A stretch of DNA of 64,000 nucleotides from an uncultured Nitrososphaeraceae archaeon (GTDB lineage Archaea; Thermoproteota; Nitrososphaeria; Nitrososphaerales; Nitrososphaeraceae), in NCBI GenBank assembly GCA_963779615.1, contig CAVZZA010000001.1, positions 416,001 to 480,000 on the forward strand, read 5' to 3'. The position numbers and the translations under genes are program-made. This document shows, piece by piece, positions 22,061 to 32,084 of the stretch. Positions within the stretch are counted from its first letter, which is position 1, and the number at the start of each line of letters is the position of its first letter. The notes under the pieces were generated by a model. It was not told the origin of the DNA. It did not search any database and worked only from the letters and a program-made list of their open reading frames with translations.

Positions 22061-22681
22061 TCACTTTTTATTTGGCTCCCCCTCGGCAGTTTTTGGTTTT
22101 ATTTCATAGTATTTCTGGTCCCATTTGCCTATAATCAGAGACATTGCATTGACGAGGTCGTTAATGCAATTAAAAAAGAATTGCTTTGTCAACCCCTCTG
22201 AAAAAATTATCTTGTATATGTTAATTATTGGGTGTTTGCGAATAACAGAAATTTTCATTGGCAAAATAATTTGTTCTATTTCCAGATAGGCCAGTTCTAT
22301 TTCTCTTGCCCTTTTTTGGTTTTTTAGATGCAACTCTATATTTTTGTCAAGTTCAAATGTGGACCGGATAATAAATGCATCATCCAAATCATTTTGAAAT
22401 TCAAGGAAAAATGGCGTACTAGCCCCTGAAGAATATGGCAGAAGTGGAGACACCTCCGCCTGAAACTGGACACCTTCAATTATGTTTTCTTTTGACCTGT
22501 CAACTACTTTGTATCCCCATTTTTGTAACAAACCGATTAATTCACTGAATTTTGATTCTTTTGTGTTGATTGACTGGTTTTTATTATCAATAATACCCTG
22601 CTTGTCTTCTTTTCCTTTTTCATTATCTACTGTCGATGCAGTAATTGGTTTCGTTGTAGCAGAGTCAGCTGATGTAGACAT
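22061..22681 (-). CDS. hypothetical protein
   Basis: 206-aa ORF with protein-like composition. Confidence 0.75.
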   Translation of the reverse strand: MSTSADSATTKPITASTVDNEKGKEDKQGIIDNKNQSINTKESKFSELIGLLQKWGYKVVDRSKENIIEGVQFQAEVSPLLPYSSGASTPFFLEFQNDLDDAFIIRSTFELDKNIELHLKNQKRAREIELAYLEIEQIILPMKISVIRKHPIINIYKIIFSEGLTKQFFFNCINDLVNAMSLIIGKWDQKYYEIKPKTAEGEPNKK

Positions 22682-22894
22682 GCTTTTTCAATTAATGTGT
22701 ATATTATTTAAATATCAATTGTGGTTTTCAGGCCCATTGCCCCTTCCATCACCAAACCCTATAACTTGATTTTCTCCATGCACATTTTTAAAACCTTTAT
22801 GATGCACATCACAAGGATGTGGTTTGGCATCATGAGGAATTGAATATTTGTTTATTGAAAAATAATGATTCTGACAATTAATTCACATGTTAAA

Positions 22895-23547
22895 CCGATT
22901 CATGTCTTGTAATGAATACGGATTGAATTTTGAACAGGCGTAGTCTGGCATTGGGGGCCACTGTTATCGATGGGAATCCTACAGACTCGGCGATTTCTTT
23001 GCTTATAGGAAAGAAGGAGTGACCCGGATTGCCCATGATGGAGGATATGCATGTCATATGGTTGCCCCAATGCCAGCATGGGCTTACCCCTGAGGTGCGT
23101 TCACCCAAAGAAATCGCACCCTAATGAGTGCAGGAATTATTAGATTAATGCTCTTCGAAATAGTGGTGCCTTGGTGCAGGCGAAGTTTGACCACGGATAT
23201 ACAGTTGCCACTAAAGTGGACTTAAAGGCTATTGCTATTGCGGGATGGAAGAAACGAAGAGTCATAAAAAATTGGGCAAAGCATTAGATTGAAAGTCAAT
23301 CGCAAAACCCATCAGGAGAGCGCCTTAGCCTGTGAGGAGCCAAGGTCATCCTTTATACTGCGGCAAAGGGAAAGGCAATGACTTCAATCCCAAGTGGTCT
23401 AGGTGTCAACGGGAAGATCATGCCATTGGCGCTCCTCATTAGCCTTGAAGAGCCTATATTATCATAGCTCACAGGACATCAGCCAATGGTGGATGGCAGT
23501 GACTCCATAAAACCGCATGGTACGCTCCTATGCCGTGCCCCTTTTTT
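22895..23547 (+). ncRNA. candidate large structured non-coding RNA (~650 nt)
   Basis: GC-elevated, ORF-poor, many nested stems (e.g. CTGGCATTGGGG 22945-22956 with CCCCAATGCCAG 23065-23076), G.U pairs favour the + strand, ends at a T6 run. Confidence 0.55.
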
Positions 23548-23812
23548 GGTGAGGCTTGTATGCGAAATCTTCCCCCCCCTTGACCGTTATTAGAGACTTT
23601 TGACCCATGAGCGGTAAGGCGTTTAGGGTATCCTCTCCATGTAGTTGTAATAGGAGAAGAGGAGGAAGAAGGATATACAGACTATTATTAGTACACCCTA
23701 ATATGCTTTGGGTATCTTCAGACACCAACCAGCCGCCATGACGGTAGCCGATAACATAAACTTGGCCCATGGAGTCCCAAACAAATCCCTCTCCTATTAC
23801 CAAGAAAACTTT

Positions 23813-23860
23813 TGACGGTTTTTTTGACGGAGTTGACGGACAAAATGACGGATATGACGG
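23813..23860 (+). repeat. five TGACGG direct repeats spaced 12/9/12/9 bp
   Basis: TGACGG starts at 23813, 23825, 23834, 23846 and 23855, just upstream of a TTTATAA box (~23875). Confidence 0.9.
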
Positions 23861-23911
23861 GTTTTGTATTTTCTTTATAAGCGTTTTCCATTATACACAT
23901 ATGTAAAAGGG

Positions 23912-25154
23912 TTGACCAACACAAGCCAGTCAGTTAAGTCGCTAGTGATACGGGGCTACCTAAATGGCAAAACAAGGGATCAGATTGCCCTTGATGCCGG
24001 CATATCAGCTGGCAGGGCATCTAGCATAATCAAGGATTGGAAAAAGGGAATAGACATGCCCAATATTGAAGAGGTAAGGTATTTTTCAATCACGGTTAGA
24101 AATTCAGGCATGTCCATAAGCCAATGTGCGCAAGGCTCTAGGACGTTACAGTTGTTAAAGAACCTTAGCAATGGAGAGGATGGTGATGGTGATGGTGATG
24201 CCAGCAATGAAATGACCTCGTTCATAGAGTCAATCCACATACACTGCAAAAATTTAGGGATAAACCCTGCCATTGTTCTTTTGTGGATCAAAGATTTGCT
24301 TGATTGCAATCTTTATCCTAACGAAAGAGGGACTCAAGCGCATATGGGAATATTGCCAAGAAACTCAATTTCCAATCCTCTCAGAGATAAAATTGATTCA
24401 GGTTCACAAATAGAGCAAGGCTCATCACCATCTCCTGATATCAAAGCACCCTTTATCTCCCAGGTTTCCAATCTCATCGCTCAAAAGAGAAAAGAGTGTT
24501 AAACTTGAAACCTACAGAAAAAAGATAAAGGAGGAAATAGAAAAGGCAAGGTCTCAAAGGGTACAATCAGAAAAGGAACTTGCCAAGCTAATCCATGATT
24601 TTAAGGTGAATGGATACGACCCTGCTAAAATAATAAACGAATATACAAGCTCGCTATCACTCAGGCTGGAAATAAAGGAAAACGAAAACAAGATTAAGGA
24701 GCTTTGGCGACAGAGAAAATCTTTACAAAACTTGGTTTCTTTCCTAGGCTCACAGGCAAACATGCATAGGCAAACCATGAATGCGTTTAGGGAACTGGAA
24801 GCAATGGGTTTTGGACTTTCAGATCTAAAACAAATATGGTACACTATATCAGAAATAGCAAACTATAAAAAATTACAGCCAAAGAGGCAGTATCATTTTT
24901 CATAAAAGATGTGGAAGAACAATATTATAGCAAACCAATATTTGAAGACAAGGTTAAAGAAGAAAGAAATGACCTGGATCAATTAAAAAAAGAGGCATAT
25001 AAATACAGGCGAATATTACAAGGGCAACCTTTCATTGGGTCCACGCTGCAAAGTCTATTTCAAAATGGGGTTAGCGAACAAGACATCGTTTGAATCAATC
25101 AACTGGCACAGGAATGTAAAAATAATACTTTTTTTGATAATGTTCATCCTGACT
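23912..25154 (+). pseudogene. disrupted HTH/coiled-coil protein of a Nitrososphaeraceae accessory family
   Basis: N-terminal HTH (GKTRDQIALDAGISAGRASSIIKDWK); collinear fragments 23912-24502, 24606-24905 and 24911-25093 with frameshifts and stops. Confidence 0.7.
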
Positions 25155-25473
25155 AGGAATTAATCCTTTAGAATCATTTGGAGGGCATGTGTTTTTTGAG
25201 GGATCACAAGTCAGACCATTTGTTGAAAAATCATTGGCTGGAGTATTAGTGTCAGTGCTTGGTGTGCTTCCTGATATAGTATTGTCATCATTTGATTTGG
25301 AGTCTCCGTTACCATCACTGCTTGACCTTAAGTCAGAGTCACCGCCACCATCGGAGCCAGAATCGGATGTTGCGAAAGATGGATGCTTGTCTACAGAAAT
25401 GATTGCAATTGATGTAATAAATCACCCTATAATCCCATTTGCATATTGTGTTGTTCTCCCAATAGCTGCTTTC

Positions 25474-27003
25474 TTACTTCTCGTACAGGTAAATGGATAC
25501 TTTATCGTTTTTATCATGTTTGTTATAATCGTCTCCTCCAAACATCGCCACCCTCTTTGTGCTGTTGGAGGCATAGATCTCCTGTATTGGCTTAGCTGCC
25601 TTATGGTGTGCTAGCCTTTCAAGCATGAGTGGGTCCACCGTCAAAAGAGCTTTTCCGCTGTAGATGGGTATTATGTCATCATAATAATCGACATAATACT
25701 CATTATTTAGATGGAACACGTGCATGGGTATCCATGAATAAAACGGGTTTGAGATCATGGTTATTTTATCATTATCGTGCAGAAATTGCACAAGAAACAT
25801 GACTGCCTCAAAGTAAGGTGAATTATCGCTTGATGTCATCATCACAGCAGCAGTACTTGACAACCCAAAGATCGCAATCCCCGAAACCACAACAAATGGC
25901 AACACCTTCCGCATCTTTTTGTTTCCGGTTATGTGGAACAAGTATTCTATCAGCCTAGCTGCTGCTATGCAGGCCACGGGTAAAATTGGTATGAAATGCC
26001 ACTGCGAGACAAACCCAATAACATAGAGGAAGATCAAAAACGGAATGGTCCACAGCAAAAGAAAGAGATCCCTTTTTATCGATGCAAAAACCAGGCCCGC
26101 AATACCAAGCAATAGTAAAACTGGGTCAATTTGAAAGTTGTAGTTTAGGCTGTAAAACAATGTTTGCACCCCCCTGTGTGTCTGCCACAACACACCATCC
26201 AACCACAGATCAAGCTGACCATGGTATGCGGCATACATGGGCCAAGCTAGCGGAATCAAAATGACAGGCAAAAGCCATAATCCGATTGCCTTCAGGTTTC
26301 TATCATTAGTTTGATAGGATAGGAACCCGACCAATGGAATAAGCGTAAATGCCGGAATTTTTGTGAATATGGCCAATCCCAAAAAAACGCCGGATAGCAA
26401 AATCGATAAAATTCTTCTTCCTTTATATTCATTTTTATTTTTATTTTTAATGCTGTTTTCATGGTTTCTGGCCGATTCTTTTGCATAATATACAGCAAAC
26501 AATATCGAAGACAAAATAAGGGGCAGCTGGATAGGCTCTAACCACACCCTTCTCAATAACCAAGTTGTCATGGGCATTACTGCAAATAGAATCGATGCAA
26601 TAAATGCAACGTTTCTGTTGTAGCGTATCTCGGCTATCTTGTATATAAGAAAGGTATCCGCTACAGCAAGTATTCCCATCAATATCCTTGGTACAAGGTA
26701 AAGCATTTCAATGGAACCCACATCACCGATAGACGGACCGAGTGAATCAGGATATCCAATCACCTTAAATATGCTCGCCAAAAAGAGTTGTGCAAAGTAT
26801 GGATGGTCGTAAAGCAGTGACTCTTGGGGCCCTTGGCCAATCAACACATGCATAGCCCTGCGTAGGTATATCCCCTCATCATTGGATGGGCCATACGGAA
26901 ACCCCAGGGGATTCCAGAGGTGAGTAAATGCTGTAATTATGCCAGGCAAAACTAACAGCAGTATTGAAATGGCTCTGGGAGAGATACTCAGGCTAAAATG
27001 CAA
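25474..27003 (-). CDS. GT-C fold membrane glycosyltransferase (PMT/ArnT-like)
   Basis: NDEGIY, YDHPYF, GLAIFTKIP motifs and many TM helices. Confidence 0.9.
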   Translation of the reverse strand: MHFSLSISPRAISILLLVLPGIITAFTHLWNPLGFPYGPSNDEGIYLRRAMHVLIGQGPQESLLYDHPYFAQLFLASIFKVIGYPDSLGPSIGDVGSIEMLYLVPRILMGILAVADTFLIYKIAEIRYNRNVAFIASILFAVMPMTTWLLRRVWLEPIQLPLILSSILFAVYYAKESARNHENSIKNKNKNEYKGRRILSILLSGVFLGLAIFTKIPAFTLIPLVGFLSYQTNDRNLKAIGLWLLPVILIPLAWPMYAAYHGQLDLWLDGVLWQTHRGVQTLFYSLNYNFQIDPVLLLLGIAGLVFASIKRDLFLLLWTIPFLIFLYVIGFVSQWHFIPILPVACIAAARLIEYLFHITGNKKMRKVLPFVVVSGIAIFGLSSTAAVMMTSSDNSPYFEAVMFLVQFLHDNDKITMISNPFYSWIPMHVFHLNNEYYVDYYDDIIPIYSGKALLTVDPLMLERLAHHKAAKPIQEIYASNSTKRVAMFGGDDYNKHDKNDKVSIYLYEK

Positions 27004-27550
27004 CTAGAATTCAGAAGAGTAATATATGCTCTGTATAAATTTGTTTATTGCATACCAATTAATCCAAACGGATATGCAACGCAATTGGTAACTTATTCCC
27101 ACACAAAATCTGCCCGGTTATTTTCGGGGTATCCACATAATAGGAATACAACCGTAAAAGAAATTACCATCTAAGAACTGTCTGCAGCACGGCATTGGTC
27201 ACCCATTCAAGTGAACAACAGATACAAAGTATTTTCGAAACTAAAGACAAGCCCTTAGGGCAATTGCATTTGTTTATTGTCCTTTGAAATGATATCACAA
27301 AAAAAAATTCTTTTGATCTAGGGCATCGATTATTCATTATGTGGTTTACACAAGACAGTGAATTTTATTAGTATCTATAGAATTGCTTGATCTTAAAATG
27401 TGGTTCAAGCTTTTGAACGGCTCAAAATTAAACATGCGTTAACCAAAATTAGACCAGGTGATTCTGTCTTAAAAAAAGGTTATGCAGGATAACAGCTGAT
27501 TTTTCTGTTTTTCCTTATCCTGAAAAAAAAGATGGGGTTGGTTTATTTTA

Positions 27551-28159
27551 CTATTGTTTTGTTGAGTTTGAGCCTGTAGAATAGGTGCTTGATGCATTAA
27601 CGTTCGAATTGTTTCTGTTAGCATCCTGTACTGCTGCTGTCAACTCTTTGGAGTTTTGCTCAAATGTTTTTGCCGTGTTAACGCTAAGGTTGGACAGGTG
27701 TTTTGAGTTGTCCTTTGCCTGTTGCAACACTGATTTCATTGAGTCCAGGTTTGAGAATATCATGTTGTTTGTGAGTCTGATTGCTGACACTGTGTTGTCT
27801 GCTACATTGCTGACAAATCTGGTGTATGCCTTGGCTATGGAGTCTGGGGATGCAAAGCTTGTAACAACGCTGTTGTAGTTTTCATTGATTGGTCTCCATG
27901 CTGATTGGAGTGAGCTGATGATTTCTTTTTGAGAATCAATAAACTCCTCTGAGATCTCTCTTGCTGTTTGGAGTGATTGCTCCTGGTAGCTGTTCACAAT
28001 GTTGTTGTATTTTGGAATCTGGTTCTTTGACTCGTCTATTGATCTTTTGATGTTGTCTTTGGTCTCGTCAAGTGACCTATTGACTGACTCTTTGAAATCA
28101 TTGTTATTGGTATTATTATTATATGAGTAACTTTCTTGTGTTTCTATTTTCTTTGACAT
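27551..28159 (-). CDS. all-helical hypothetical protein (possibly phasin-like)
   Basis: 202 aa, amphipathic helical, no Cys or His-rich motifs. Confidence 0.8.
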   Translation of the reverse strand: MSKKIETQESYSYNNNTNNNDFKESVNRSLDETKDNIKRSIDESKNQIPKYNNIVNSYQEQSLQTAREISEEFIDSQKEIISSLQSAWRPINENYNSVVTSFASPDSIAKAYTRFVSNVADNTVSAIRLTNNMIFSNLDSMKSVLQQAKDNSKHLSNLSVNTAKTFEQNSKELTAAVQDANRNNSNVNASSTYSTGSNSTKQ

Positions 28160-28315
28160 TACCCTATATTAAAAATCATCCTATATAAATGCTGGTATCA
28201 AACGGTTTTTAATACCATTAAGTGACACAAATTGAAAAAGGCTTGTGTATTATATACCAATCCTATAATCAATAAATTAGGGTATGCAGGTGTTTACTCT
28301 TGCCTTGGTTGTGAA

Positions 28316-29395
28316 TCAACATGTTGATTTCTCCATATATTCAGGCTTTTGCTGGGCAATAATTTTTGACAAGCCATTCATGTAGTTTTTGGCAAATGTG
28401 GTTACCGGCTGTGAGGAATACCATATACAGCCAAGCACTTTACAGTCGTGGCAGGTCCTAGCTATCTCCCATTGTGGAGCACTCCAAACTTCCTCTATGC
28501 TCTGTGTTAGCAGATTGTAAGTGTTTTGGGGACTGTTGAATTTCCAGCATGGGACCAAAACCGTACCATTGCCATTAACAAATATGCTTTTCCACACTCC
28601 GCATTCGTCAAAAAGGCCCCTACCATGCTCAATTATTTGTTCAAAATACTGCGCAGGCATCATTATTTGTGGGGAGGAGTGTTTTTTTCTATAGTCAAGT
28701 ATGCTTTCACACACTTTGACCATTGTACGTCTATCCGGAAGCAGAGAGTAATTGACGTCAGACCTGTCTTCCACAAAGGTAAAGGAAACCGCATTGGAGC
28801 CCAACTCCAGTGCCTTATCAAAATAAGACTGGTCAATGAATTCTTCAGTGTTATATTTGGTTATAACACTGTTAAAGTAGTGGGGCACCTTGTATTCGGT
28901 CAAAAGGCGCAAATTATCCATTACCCTACGATATATCAGAGGAGAAACGCCACGCACTTTGCAATATGACTCTTCAAACACAGAATCGATGCTGCAAATG
29001 ACAAATTGAACATACTTTTTTAATTCATTAAGGTCAACGTTATGGAGCAGGGAACAATTAGTAATTAGTGTGATGGGGATTTTTAAGCTGTAAATATGCC
29101 GAACAAGATCCATAAAGTCATGGCGACTAGTTGGTTCCCCGCCTTCTATGATAGACCAAATGCAATACTTTGAAACCTTATCAAAAATCAATTTCCATTG
29201 TTGTGTGGTTAAGTCATTTTTCTTTGCGAATTTGGTTTGGCTAACCTTATCAGGGTCTCCGAAAGGGCACATGGGACAGTAAAAGTTACAGTAATGCGTG
29301 AGGCTGAAAACAGCAACTAATGGGCGTTTCCTCCCCATAACTCTGTTAGCCGACCAATTCCCTAAAAGCTTGATTGTACGAAGCATCTGCTCCAT
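28316..29395 (-). CDS. radical SAM/SPASM protein (PTO1314-like)
   Basis: CNFYCPMC, GGEP and C-terminal Cys cluster (C..C...GC). Confidence 0.9.
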   Translation of the reverse strand: MEQMLRTIKLLGNWSANRVMGRKRPLVAVFSLTHYCNFYCPMCPFGDPDKVSQTKFAKKNDLTTQQWKLIFDKVSKYCIWSIIEGGEPTSRHDFMDLVRHIYSLKIPITLITNCSLLHNVDLNELKKYVQFVICSIDSVFEESYCKVRGVSPLIYRRVMDNLRLLTEYKVPHYFNSVITKYNTEEFIDQSYFDKALELGSNAVSFTFVEDRSDVNYSLLPDRRTMVKVCESILDYRKKHSSPQIMMPAQYFEQIIEHGRGLFDECGVWKSIFVNGNGTVLVPCWKFNSPQNTYNLLTQSIEEVWSAPQWEIARTCHDCKVLGCIWYSSQPVTTFAKNYMNGLSKIIAQQKPEYMEKSTC

Positions 29396-29434
29396 TCAAT
29401 TGTATGTTGAGACGGTAGTATTTATGTGGGCACA

Positions 29435-30119
29435 TTATGCCCTATCCTGCATTGCTCTTGCAAAAAGAAACACAGTTCCCCCCCCCCCACCTCCGGCATC
29501 ATCGGGCGAAAGGCCAACAAATGCTGCGAAGGTTCCAAACACTACTCTAGCCTCTTCTGATTCAAAATTTTCATTGCACCATGAACGCATTGATTGCAGG
29601 TGTTTCCTATATTTTTCGGAACTCACTATTGGCATTTTTCCTCATTTTCCTTTGCTGAACTCAAAGAGCGTGTTGAAGAGTTAATCGATGCAATTACAGA
29701 CGGTTTGTTTGAAAGATACTCACTATACAGATTGTTCCAAGTTTTGCCGTCCTGAGTTGAAAACTTGTTGATTCTGCCAATTGTTTTTTCTATGGATGGA
29801 AACATTGCCGCATATCTGCCGTTTGGGAAAACATGCGAAAAAGATATTCTAGGGTGGATGAGCTCAAATCCATAGTTACAATTTCTAGTTCATCAGGAAC
29901 TGGAGAGAAGTTGGCAAGCTGATAGCCAAAAGCATGAACGTCAGATTTGAAACCAGGGAGGGTTATTTCCCCAGTTATTGTCATGCCCCCTATAGAGCGG
30001 TATTCCTCTAAAGCCAGTACTTTAAGCCCTGCTTTTGCAAGGTAGCAGGCGCAAGTCAGGCCGTTATGCCCTGCGCCTATCACAATAGCGTCAAATTCAG
30101 ACGGGTAATTTTGAGAATC
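29435..30119 (-). pseudogene. truncated phytoene-dehydrogenase-like NAD(P)/FAD oxidoreductase
   Basis: FDAIVIGAGHNGLTCACYLAKAG...IGG...LPGFKSD N-terminus, then frameshifts and truncation. Confidence 0.8.
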
Positions 30120-30370
30120 CTTATTATAACACCATATAAATAAAATAGCGAATATTTACTTTCTAATTTAGTACTGCCATAACATCATATAACCAATTAT
30201 TTTTTCTCTACGGATATAGGCCCTCATTTTGAGTGTTTATTCACCGGTGTATTCACAAATAAACCTCTTGTGCTGGCTGGTCACACAATCATGCTTGGTT
30301 TTTTTGCATGCCGTTACGGTTATTGAATATTAGTACAAAACGAATAAGGAAGAGAGGCATAGGTGTTATT

Positions 30371-30889
30371 ATGGATGAAGAACCAAACAGCCTTGGTGAA
30401 ATTTTCGACAAGCACATAGAGTTTGAGTTTGACAGGGAGGATGTTGATGCAACCATGACCACAATGACGGAAGACCCGTATGTGCACCACGTTCCCACAT
30501 TAACCGGGGGAAGAGGTTATGACGGAGTATACAACTTCTACAAAAACCACTTTATTGGAAAAATGCCAAAGGATTTGAAGATTACCAACATATCGCGCAC
30601 AATTGGAAAAGACCAGGTTGTGGACGAGCTTGTGATAAGTTTCACACATGACACAGAGATTGATTATCTGTTACCTGGAATAGCACCCACAGGCAAATAT
30701 GTTGAGATACCTCACGTGGTAGTAATGAAATTTAGGAATAACAAAATATCTCATGAGCATATATACTGGGACCAGGCATCCGTCCTAGTCCAGGTAGGGC
30801 TTCTCAAACAAGAAAAAATACCGGTAACAGGAATAGAACAAACAAAAAAATTGACAGAGTTTTACAACCCTTCTACCATAGGGGTTTAA
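30371..30889 (+). CDS. SnoaL-like ester cyclase family protein
   Basis: DVDATM.TM..DPYV.HVPT, HEHIYWDQASVL motifs; start reassigned to MDEEP. Confidence 0.9.
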   Translation: MDEEPNSLGEIFDKHIEFEFDREDVDATMTTMTEDPYVHHVPTLTGGRGYDGVYNFYKNHFIGKMPKDLKITNISRTIGKDQVVDELVISFTHDTEIDYLLPGIAPTGKYVEIPHVVVMKFRNNKISHEHIYWDQASVLVQVGLLKQEKIPVTGIEQTKKLTEFYNPSTIGV

Positions 30890-31405
30890 GTCCCTCCCCC
30901 ATTTTTAAATTCATAACAATAGCCAACGCATTATCAGGTAAGAGATTTAGCGCAGGCCTATAAACAACTCTGGAACCAATGAGGCGGTCATGTGATATGC
31001 TGCATCCCTATTTGAAATCGTTGCATGAAATACTCTCGCCGTAAACATATCCTTTAGCCAGTGGAAGCACAACTGGAACAGCTGTTCACCAACTCCCCCA
31101 CCCCCACCTCCCATCAAAGCCAACCAAACTGATTCAGGCCGATTTTGAGCGGTGCCCCAATTTTTTATGCACAAAAGCATTCTTTGCCCTTTTTTTTGGT
31201 ATTTTTTACATAATAAGTCATAATAAGTCACGTGGGAAAAATCCCTGTCGCCGTAAACAAGAAATGCAAATCATATTGGTTGATATGCTTTTGACAGCAT
31301 TTCAATGCCATTAGTGTGTCAACCCCTTTTGTATTTGTGTTTTTCAATTCTCGAAAACCTGTTTACCAAACAAAAAATTGTGTAAACCGATTAACTGGTT
31401 TCCAT

Positions 31406-31978
31406 TTAGTTGGTAAATTCCCTATAAATAAAGCAAACCGCCAAACTTCCTAATGTGTCAACCCACAAGTCTACAAACATGTCTAATGGTTCAGTCTGGA
31501 TAAACCCACTTGATCCGTATGCACTAACAGATATCCATTCGTAAACCTCCCATACAATAAATGCCATCCATGCGGCACCTATGCTGATAGGAAAATAATA
31601 TCTTCTCCTCTTTGTTATAATGAAATTAAGGACAATTGCCGTTATTCCCATTGCGGATAACCCGTGAGTAACGCTATCAATAGATGTTGTATCGTAGAGG
31701 TGAAATGTGTACTCCGACATAAAATGCGCTCCCAGTGCCTCGCCTCCAACAAAAAGTGTAAAAAACAACCATCCCCTACTTGTGTCAACCACCTTTTTTC
31801 CCAAAAGTTTGATTTCTATGCCGCTGTGCTCCTCATGATGCTGATGCCTTCTATGCTCTTTCTCGGTTCTCAACGCCAAATATAAAAATAAGAACCCTGC
31901 GCTTATGAAAACAATTGATACAAAGGGATTTGCAAGCCATTCGGGTCCATGCATGAAATACTTGGATTGTGAATACAA
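31406..31978 (-). CDS. membrane protein
   Basis: Several TM helices; DSVTH, WEVYE and DLWVD motifs; His-rich loop. Confidence 0.8.
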   Translation of the reverse strand: MYSQSKYFMHGPEWLANPFVSIVFISAGFLFLYLALRTEKEHRRHQHHEEHSGIEIKLLGKKVVDTSRGWLFFTLFVGGEALGAHFMSEYTFHLYDTTSIDSVTHGLSAMGITAIVLNFIITKRRRYYFPISIGAAWMAFIVWEVYEWISVSAYGSSGFIQTEPLDMFVDLWVDTLGSLAVCFIYREFTN

Positions 31979-32084
31979 GCTATTTAATTTCTTGGAAAAC
32001 TTTTAGCAAATAACCTTTCAGCCACAATATTTTCAAGAATCAGCAGGATCAACAAATAGGCTGAATAGTTATTCGATGCCTTGG

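Noticed and set aside
22708-22877. Small minus-strand ORF with KPHPCDVHHKGF, like a degenerate C2H2 finger
   Set aside because: Second Cys and the spacing are missing; too weak to call
22925-22995. Translation RRSLALGATVIDGNPTDS resembles an amidohydrolase N-terminus
   Set aside because: No downstream HxH motif or continued similarity; the extensive base pairing explains the region better, though BLASTX should confirm
23236-23600. Group I intron-like motifs (ATTGCGGGA, AATCGCA, TTAGAGACT)
   Set aside because: No S element or P7 partner found and no interrupted host gene; no group II domain V either
23731-23802. tRNA-like ends (GCCGCCA...AAATCCCTCTCCTATTACCA)
   Set aside because: No acceptor-stem pairing and no TTC loop; at best a heavily eroded scar
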